A DNA stretch of 64,000 nucleotides from Minisyncoccota bacterium. Lineage in GTDB: Bacteria; Patescibacteriota; Minisyncoccia; Phycocordibacterales; Phycocordibacteraceae. The notes beneath the pieces were generated by a model. It saw nothing but the letters and a program-made list of their open reading frames with translations. It was not told the origin of the DNA and ran no database searches. The position numbers and the translations under genes were made by a program. Where the stretch lies: contig DASWNF010000014.1 in assembly GCA_036399335.1 (NCBI GenBank), positions 108,033-172,032 of the forward strand, in the 5' to 3' direction. Of the stretch, positions 57,437-64,000 are shown piece by piece; position 1 is the first letter of the stretch, and the number at the start of each line of letters is the position of its first letter.

Positions 57437-58648
57437 ATGAAATTCAGCGTCGTGCTGCGCCACCCTGACGGTAGCGAGACCAAGCAGGTCATTGAGGCGG
57501 AGAATCGCCTTGCCGTATACGGACTCGTCGAGAAAGAAGGCGCACTCGTCGCCTCCATGGAAGAGAAAAGGGGCTTTGCCATGCCGGCGTGGACAACGAT
57601 GACCTTCGGTACGGGGGTAAAGGCCGACCATAAGATTACGTTCACCAAGAACCTTTCCGCCATGCTCGGTGCGGGGCTTACGCTTTCACGCGCATTGTCG
57701 GTGCTTGAGCGCCAGACCCAGCAGAAGCCCTTGAAGCGCATCATTATCTCGCTCGAGAACGGGGTAAAGAGCGGCGCCTCATTCCACGAGGCGCTTGCCG
57801 TCCACTCGAAAGTTTTCTCACGGCTCTATGTCGCCATGGTAAAGGCGGGTGAGGAAGGCGGACAGCTCACCGACACGCTCCGCGTACTTGCGAAACAGAT
57901 GGAAGCTTCCCAGAACCTCCGGAAAAAGGTGAAGGGCGCGATGATCTATCCCGCCATCATCCTCTCCGCCGTCTTCATTATCGGTATCCTCATGCTCATC
58001 TACGTCGTGCCGACCTTGTCGAGCACGTTCGCCTCGCTCGGCGCCGACTTGCCACGTTCGACGACCATCATCATTGCCGTCTCGGATTTCTTCATCAACA
58101 ACCTGCTCATCGCGATTTCCCTCATCCTCGCCGGGATCATCGCCCTCGTTGTTTTCCTGAAATCCGGTATCGGGCGCCGTGCCGTGCTCGGTGGCGCGCT
58201 GTACGCACCGGTCATCAAGGACCTTGTGCGTGAGACGTATAGCGCGCACGCGACCCGCACGCTCTCCTCGCTTCTTGCGTCCGGTGTGGAGATGCTGACC
58301 GCGATCGGCATCAGTGCCGAAGTCGTGGGCGACAACCGCTTCGGGAAAGTGTTGAAGGAGGCTGAAGACCGGGTGCGCAAGGGCGAGGCGCTCTCGGCAA
58401 CATTCATCGCGTATCCGAAGCTGTACCCTATTTTTGTTTCGGAAATGATTTCAGTGGGAGAGGAGACGGGTAAGCTCGCCGAAATGCTCGGCCAGGTCGC
58501 CGAGTTCTACGAGAACGATGTCGAAGCCCGCACCAAGGACCTCTCGACCATCATCGAGCCCGTGCTCATGCTTTTCATCGGCGTGTTCGTCGGTATCTTT
58601 GCGCTCTCGATGATCGCACCTATCTACTCGCTGTCGGACAAGATTTAA
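57437..58648 (+). CDS. pilC: type IV pilus platform protein PilC/GspF
   Basis: F..NLS.ML.AGL, MVKAGE.GG.L, A.IYP, MI.VGEETGKL, IIEP. Confidence 0.93.
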   Translation: MKFSVVLRHPDGSETKQVIEAENRLAVYGLVEKEGALVASMEEKRGFAMPAWTTMTFGTGVKADHKITFTKNLSAMLGAGLTLSRALSVLERQTQQKPLKRIIISLENGVKSGASFHEALAVHSKVFSRLYVAMVKAGEEGGQLTDTLRVLAKQMEASQNLRKKVKGAMIYPAIILSAVFIIGILMLIYVVPTLSSTFASLGADLPRSTTIIIAVSDFFINNLLIAISLILAGIIALVVFLKSGIGRRAVLGGALYAPVIKDLVRETYSAHATRTLSSLLASGVEMLTAIGISAEVVGDNRFGKVLKEAEDRVRKGEALSATFIAYPKLYPIFVSEMISVGEETGKLAEMLGQVAEFYENDVEARTKDLSTIIEPVLMLFIGVFVGIFALSMIAPIYSLSDKI

Positions 58649-58702
58649 GAGGTAACAAAAACAGCCGCCCCCTTGGGGCGGCTGTTTTTGTTACCTCGCT
58701 AC

Positions 58703-59044
58703 TTACATCGGTAGCTCGTTCACCGGCATTACTTCGATTGCTGCCTGGGGGATTTGGAGATGGGTATGGTTCTCAAACATCTTGGCCGCAGCCTCATGGG
58801 ATTCGGCCTCGACGATGGAGTAGAGCATGATGTCGTTCGTGACATCGTTGACTCCGTCCTTCGTAACGCGCTTATTCTTGCCGGCACCAGCCGTCGTGAT
58901 GACCGCGCTTGCGTGCGTGCCCATCCACGTTTGCCACTCGCCTTGCATCTGGTCGGTCTGCGCCTTGCGTTCTTCCTCGGGGGTCTGCATCCATTCCTGG
59001 ATGACCGCTGCGGGCGCTGTGTAGAGTACTAAGAATTGGGACAT
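58703..59044 (-). CDS. YCII/DGPF-like hypothetical protein
   Basis: FLVLY...W..WM, YSIVEAESHEAA..MF..H.HL, IEVMP. Confidence 0.75.
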   Translation of the reverse strand: MSQFLVLYTAPAAVIQEWMQTPEEERKAQTDQMQGEWQTWMGTHASAVITTAGAGKNKRVTKDGVNDVTNDIMLYSIVEAESHEAAAKMFENHTHLQIPQAAIEVMPVNELPM

Positions 59045-59144
59045 GGAATATTCGTTAAGCGGTAATGGGGACAGTATAGGCCTCAAAGGCCATAAAACAG
59101 AATCGCCTGACGGGCAGGTGATCCCGTCAGGCGATGGGCCTGAA

Positions 59145-59300
59145 TCAATCGCACTCATCTTCGGGCGGTGGCTTTTTCGGCAGGTCATGGCTCTGTGCCG
59201 GTGCTTCATACCTGCGAACGAAGTCCCGGGGCAGTCGACCTGCCTCCATGTCCTCAATCTCCATGCCGGAGTCGGGGTTAGGCTCGGGTGTTACGTGCAT
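59145..59300 (-). CDS. possible small protein
   Basis: 51 aa with SD-like GAGAGG; downstream hairpin TCGCCTGACGGG/CCCGTCAGGCGA. Confidence 0.4.
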   Translation of the reverse strand: MHVTPEPNPDSGMEIEDMEAGRLPRDFVRRYEAPAQSHDLPKKPPPEDECD

Positions 59301-59416
59301 TTCGCCTCTCCTCTTGGCTTCTCCTGTGCGTAGTCTTCTCACCGCAGATTGCCTCATCTACAGGGGAGTGTCAACGGATGCAGCGATAGCCGGTACGGGT
59401 GCGCTATCATAAGCAC

Positions 59417-59791
59417 ATGCGCGGTTTCACTCTTATCGAAGTGGTCATCTCCGTATTCATTATTGGCATGCTCGTCGTGCTTTCGGGCGCGATGGTTACG
59501 GCGGCGCCCCTCTCCCGCCAGGTCCGCTATGAGAACCTTGCACGCACCATTGCCGCCGGGGAACTTGAGCGCGTGCGCGCGCTCGGGTACGACGCGCTCC
59601 CTGCTACCGGCGCTTTTACGCACGCACGGCTTGCCGACCTGCCTGCGGGAAGCGGGTACGTGACCGTGTCCGAATATAACGACCGGACGAAGGAGATCGT
59701 CGTCACGGTTTCCTGGCGCGAGTCGGCTGCGACGGCCGTCTCGACCGCATCGCTCACGGCGCTCGTTACGGCCGTCGGCGGACTGCCATGA
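59417..59791 (+). CDS. minor pilin (PilV-like)
   Basis: Type IV prepilin cleavage motif RGFTLIEV. Confidence 0.88.
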   Translation: MRGFTLIEVVISVFIIGMLVVLSGAMVTAAPLSRQVRYENLARTIAAGELERVRALGYDALPATGAFTHARLADLPAGSGYVTVSEYNDRTKEIVVTVSWRESAATAVSTASLTALVTAVGGLP

Positions 59792-60360
59792 GTACTCCCG
59801 TTACCCGTACCCGTGCCTTTACGCTTATCGAAATGGTTATTACGGTAGCTATCTTCACGGCCATGATGGCCGTCGTGCTGGGCTTTTTCGTGAGCTCGAA
59901 CCGGAGCTTCCTCTACCAGAAGCGCTTTGTCGAAGTCGCGAGCGCTGCCGATGCGGTGATGGTAACCGCGACGGAAATTATCCCGCCTGCGAACGCCGTC
60001 GTCGCCTCGCATACCTTCCCCTCCGGCACCTACACCTCGGATGCGTCGACGCTCGTCCTCGAGCTCCCTGCGATAGACGGGTCGGGCACCATCATTAGCG
60101 GCTCGTATGATTACGTAGCGCTATACGTGGCGGACGGCAAGGTGCAGCGGGTTATCGAGGCGGATAGTGCGAGCGCCCGACGCTCAGGCACGCGCGCGCT
60201 TACGGACGCACTCCAATCAATCGCATTTGCGTACGACAACTCAGACCTTACCCAGGTCCAGGCGGTCACCATCGATATCACTGCTTCAGGCACTACGCAG
60301 GATTCGTCGCTCTCTGAGCGGATGACACAAACGTTCCGTCTCCGTAACGCACCCCAATGA
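59788..60360 (+). CDS. minor pilin (PilW-like)
   Basis: RAFTLIEM prepilin motif. Confidence 0.88.
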   Translation: MSTPVTRTRAFTLIEMVITVAIFTAMMAVVLGFFVSSNRSFLYQKRFVEVASAADAVMVTATEIIPPANAVVASHTFPSGTYTSDASTLVLELPAIDGSGTIISGSYDYVALYVADGKVQRVIEADSASARRSGTRALTDALQSIAFAYDNSDLTQVQAVTIDITASGTTQDSSLSERMTQTFRLRNAPQ

Positions 60361-62120
60361 GTACCATGAACCTAAAGCCTGTCCGCGGATACGTCCTCCT
60401 CCTCACGCTCGTATTTTTTGGCGTATTCTTGTCGCTCTCGGCCGCGCTCATGGCCTATGTGCTCCAATATTCGCAATCGGGTAAATATGCGCTTGCCGCG
60501 ACGCAGGCTCTCTACCTCGCCGAGAGCGGTATTGAGGTGGCGGCCTACGAGCTTAACCGCAACTCAGGATATACGGGCGAATCGGATACGCCGCTCGGTG
60601 CCGGCGCCGTATCCATCGAAGTATCAAGCGTCGACTCAAGCACGAAGGCCGTGACCGTGACGGCCTCCGTCCCTTATAAAGGCACGGAGGTAAGGCGTAC
60701 CGTGCAGGCCAAGCTCGGCATCAACTCGTCCGTCGTGTCGTTCCGCTTCGGCGTGCAGGTCGGGGAAGGGGGCGTGACGATGGCGAACGGGTCGCGCATT
60801 AACGGCAACCTTTATTCGAACGGGGATATTACGGGCGGCGGTAATGCCATCGTGACCGGCGATGCTACCGTGGCCGGCGGCACCCAGGCAACACCAAGCC
60901 AGTCGTCGACCGTGCAGAGCGCGACGGTAAACCTAGGTGACGCAACCGCGCGGACGAGCCTCGCGCAAAGTTTCCGCCCATCGTCTTCCCAGGCGATTAA
61001 CAAGGTAAGCCTGTACCTCCGTAAGGTAGGTACCCCGGGCGACCTCACCATACGCATCATGGGCACGACGAGCGGCTCGCCGAATACGACGGTGCTCGCA
61101 TCCGGCACGCTACCCGCATCAAGCGTGTCGGGCACGTTTTCCTTCGTTGACGCGACCTTCTCCTCGAGCCCGACGCTCTCGAGCGGCCAGACCTACTGGC
61201 TTGTCGCAACGGCTTCGGTAAACGCTTCAAACTATTTCACGTGGGGGAGCGATGCGAGCGACGCGTACGCAAACGGTACCGGCAAGCGAAGCAGCAGTTG
61301 GAGCGGGGGTTCCTCTTCCTGGACCGCGCTCGCCCAGGACCTCGCCTTTAAGGCGTGGATGGGCGGGGTAACGACGTCGCTTTCCGGCATCCAGGTTTGG
61401 GGCAACGTATGGGCACCGTCCCTGTCCTCGTGCCAGGTCAGCGGGAACGCCATGTACCAGACGATGTCGGGGTGCTCGATTGGCGGTGTGGCGGAGGTTA
61501 CCTCAGACACTGCCGCCCCCGCTTCGATGCCGATTGCAGACGCACAGATCGCTGAGTGGGAGGATATCGCAAGCGATGGCGGCACCATCGTAGGCGATTA
61601 CGCCATTACGGGGACACAGCTCCTCGGCCCTAAAGCTATCAACGGGAACCTTACCGTGAGCGGCGCGATATACCTCACCGGGCCGGTGTGGGTCAAAGGG
61701 AACGTCACCTTCGCCAATAACTCGAGCATGATCGTGCACTCCTCGACCGGGAGTAACGGCGCGATCATCATTGCCGACAAGGAAGGAAGCGAAAGCACGA
61801 GCGGACGAGTGACACTTTCAAACAATATGACCATTGCAGGCAACGGGAACGCCGGAAGCTACCCGATGATCATCTCGACGAACACGAGCAGCAATGCCGT
61901 AACGATGAGCAATAACTCAACGAGCGTAATCCTGTACGCGCCGGACGGTACGGTAAACATCCTGAACAATGCGGCAGCAAACCAGATATCCGCAAAGTCC
62001 CTCAATTTGAATAACAACGTCACCGTTAACTACGTGAACGGCCTCCAGAGCCAGAGCTTCTCGAACGGGCCGGGCGGTTCATGGGCTTTCCTTCCAGGAT
62101 CATACGCAATTGTTCCGTAA
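60357..62120 (+). CDS. PilX-like minor pilin with a large beta-rich C-terminal domain
   Basis: RGYVLLLTL (no Glu5), QALYLAESGIE; Ser/Thr/Gly/Asn-rich beta-strand C-terminus. Confidence 0.82.
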   Translation: MSTMNLKPVRGYVLLLTLVFFGVFLSLSAALMAYVLQYSQSGKYALAATQALYLAESGIEVAAYELNRNSGYTGESDTPLGAGAVSIEVSSVDSSTKAVTVTASVPYKGTEVRRTVQAKLGINSSVVSFRFGVQVGEGGVTMANGSRINGNLYSNGDITGGGNAIVTGDATVAGGTQATPSQSSTVQSATVNLGDATARTSLAQSFRPSSSQAINKVSLYLRKVGTPGDLTIRIMGTTSGSPNTTVLASGTLPASSVSGTFSFVDATFSSSPTLSSGQTYWLVATASVNASNYFTWGSDASDAYANGTGKRSSSWSGGSSSWTALAQDLAFKAWMGGVTTSLSGIQVWGNVWAPSLSSCQVSGNAMYQTMSGCSIGGVAEVTSDTAAPASMPIADAQIAEWEDIASDGGTIVGDYAITGTQLLGPKAINGNLTVSGAIYLTGPVWVKGNVTFANNSSMIVHSSTGSNGAIIIADKEGSESTSGRVTLSNNMTIAGNGNAGSYPMIISTNTSSNAVTMSNNSTSVILYAPDGTVNILNNAAANQISAKSLNLNNNVTVNYVNGLQSQSFSNGPGGSWAFLPGSYAIVP

Positions 62121-62139
62121 GCCCTGGTATCATGGGCGC

Positions 62140-62883
62140 ATGATACTTGCTGCAAACTGGAAGGCATACGTAGAGGATACGAAGAAGGCTAAGGCGCTCG
62201 CCGCAACGGTAAAGCGTCTCGCGCTTAAGAGCCCCCATACTTTTATTATCGCGCCCTCGTCCGCGCATCTTGCCCTGTTTGCTAAGGCTGGGAAGAAGAA
62301 CTTCCAGTTTGCTGCACAGGACATGTCAGTTGCTGCGGGCGGCGCGGCTACGGGAGAAACGACCGCAGTGCAGCTGAAGAACCTCGGCGTCGCGTACGCC
62401 ATCATCGGGCATTCCGAACGGCGCGCTATGGGCGAGACCGACGCTGAGGTTTCCGGGAAGGTGGTACAGGCGCTTGCCCAGAAAATCACCCCAATCCTCT
62501 GTATCGGCGAGCGGGTGCGCGATGCCGACGCGACGTACCTCCAGGGGCTCCGCTTGCAGCTTTCTTCCGTACTCTCCGCAGTCGCGCCGAATGAGCGCGG
62601 CAGCCTAGTCATCGCGTACGAGCCCGTCTGGGCCATCGGCCGTTCCGCGCGCGAAGCGCTTTCGCCGGGCGACCTTGCCGAGATGGTCCTCTATATACGG
62701 AAGGTGCTGGCCGAACACCTGCCCGCACGCGCAGCGGCAAAGGTGCCCGTGCTTTATGGCGGTTCGGTCGAGCCCGGGAACATCCGTGACCTGGCCGAGG
62801 GCGGTCGTGTCGACGGGTTCCTTATCGGCCACGCGAGCGTCGACTCTGCGACGTTTTCCACGCTCGTAAAGCAAGTCCCGTAA
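62140..62883 (+). CDS. tpiA: triosephosphate isomerase
   Basis: AANWK, IIGHSERR, AYEPVWAIG, LYGGSV, DGFLIG.AS. Confidence 0.96.
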   Translation: MILAANWKAYVEDTKKAKALAATVKRLALKSPHTFIIAPSSAHLALFAKAGKKNFQFAAQDMSVAAGGAATGETTAVQLKNLGVAYAIIGHSERRAMGETDAEVSGKVVQALAQKITPILCIGERVRDADATYLQGLRLQLSSVLSAVAPNERGSLVIAYEPVWAIGRSAREALSPGDLAEMVLYIRKVLAEHLPARAAAKVPVLYGGSVEPGNIRDLAEGGRVDGFLIGHASVDSATFSTLVKQVP

Positions 62884-62884
62884 C

Positions 62885-63604
62885 ATGAGCTTGCGTACCA
62901 CCCTCATGGCGCTTGGGGGAGCGGTACTCGCCGCCCTTATCTGGTGGGGTATACGCACCTACCTCTCGCTCAACGCCTCAAAGCAGCTTATTGAACATAC
63001 GCGACCGTTTGAGCGCCTGACGGATGATACGCGCGTGTCGTTGCTCGTGCTTGGTGACAGCACGGCCGTCGGCGTGGGTGCGACCCTACCTGAAGAAAGC
63101 GTTCCTGGCCGCGTTGCAGCCGCACTCGGCGCAACCTACGTCGAGAACCATGCCGTCATCGGCGCCGTTACTGCCGACCTCGCCGACCAGGTTAAGCAGG
63201 GTGCGCTCCCCGCATACGATTTCATACTTATACAAATAGGCGCAAACGACATGGTGCGATTCCATGATGCGGAAGCGACTGCGCGCGCGTTGGGAACGAC
63301 GCTCGCGTCGCTTCCGCCGGCAGGCTCAGTCGTCGTGATTTCTGCAGGTGACCTGGGGACGGCTCGTTTGTTTCCGTATCCCCTCCGGGTTTTATATACG
63401 CGCATTAACCGGGAGTACCACCAGGCCTTCGGTGCAGCCGTTCGGGCTGAGGGCGCAACCTACGTCGACCTTTCAAAGGGGCCGGGCGTTGTCCGATTTG
63501 AGGAAGACCCGACCGCACACTTTGCTGCCGATAATTTCCATCTTTCCTCACGCGGATACGGGCTTTGGTTCGAGGCCATCCGCGAGAATGTGCAGGGGTT
63601 GTAA
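62885..63604 (+). CDS. SGNH/GDSL hydrolase
   Basis: VLGDSTAVG, IGAND, D.FH.S..GY. Confidence 0.9.
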   Translation: MSLRTTLMALGGAVLAALIWWGIRTYLSLNASKQLIEHTRPFERLTDDTRVSLLVLGDSTAVGVGATLPEESVPGRVAAALGATYVENHAVIGAVTADLADQVKQGALPAYDFILIQIGANDMVRFHDAEATARALGTTLASLPPAGSVVVISAGDLGTARLFPYPLRVLYTRINREYHQAFGAAVRAEGATYVDLSKGPGVVRFEEDPTAHFAADNFHLSSRGYGLWFEAIRENVQGL

Positions 63605-63653
63605 GGGTCCTCGGTGGTCCCGGACGAGGCCTGGAGTGGAGTAGTATAGGTAC

Positions 63654-64000
63654 ATGCGCAGCCTCCGGTACATCCCGCACCTCGAGAACATTCCCGTGCT
63701 GGTACGGGCGGCACTTAACGTGCCCGTCGAGAACGGAAGGGTGACGAGCACGTACCGGCTCCGCAAAGCCGTGCCGACCATTAATTTCCTACGCCGCGAG
63801 TACGCGCGCGTCATACTTATCGGCCACATAGGTGACGGCGGCACGGAGACGCTCGCGCCCGTGTATGAGGCGATGAAGGCCTATGTCCCAGGCATGCGCT
63901 TTTGCTCTTCGACCGTAGGGCCTGAAGCACGCGCCGCGATACGGGACCTCCCGCCCGGCGGGGTACTCATGCTTGAGAACCTGCGGCGGCATGCAGGCGA
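63654..64000 (+). CDS. pgk: phosphoglycerate kinase (5' part; runs off the window)
   Basis: Manual translation ...VLVRAALNVP..NG.V...RL...VPTI.FL...VILIGHIG...TLAPV...L.PG.V.MLENLR. Confidence 0.85.
   Translation, partial: MRSLRYIPHLENIPVLVRAALNVPVENGRVTSTYRLRKAVPTINFLRREYARVILIGHIGDGGTETLAPVYEAMKAYVPGMRFCSSTVGPEARAAIRDLPPGGVLMLENLRRHAG

Overview
This is a bacterial chromosome segment of about 55-60% GC around the replication origin (dnaN-dnaA / rpmH-rnpA-yidC). Gene content and style suggest Patescibacteria/CPR, probably Parcubacteria (inference). Core genes include ruvB, yebC-ruvC, PBP1A, ksgA, pcrA, a frameshifted comM, rpsO, a Xer recombinase, xth, cca, four tRNAs, rarA, HU, rny, clpP, ppa, nusA, type IV pilus genes, tpiA, a partial pgk, and a VirB4/PrgI/VirB6-like T4SS cluster. 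The standout region is an accessory array at ~2.0-8.3 kb. There, single genes and non-coding units are separated by a same-orientation ~29-bp repeat (TTGCTGGCAGTCTGGGACGATGTTGGAAC) related to a tRNA 3' end. The same repeat family brackets two further mini-islands at ~41.1-41.6 kb and ~54.9-55.6 kb. Several units appear to encode only structured RNAs. One is a ~250-nt RNA with its own promoter and terminator that reproduces the helix 40/41 region of 23S rRNA with compensatory base changes. Other observations: a parS-like cluster, a second DnaA-box cluster, pervasive leaderless promoters and hyper-acidic proteins. All calls come from reading the sequence and recalled family motifs; no searches were run.
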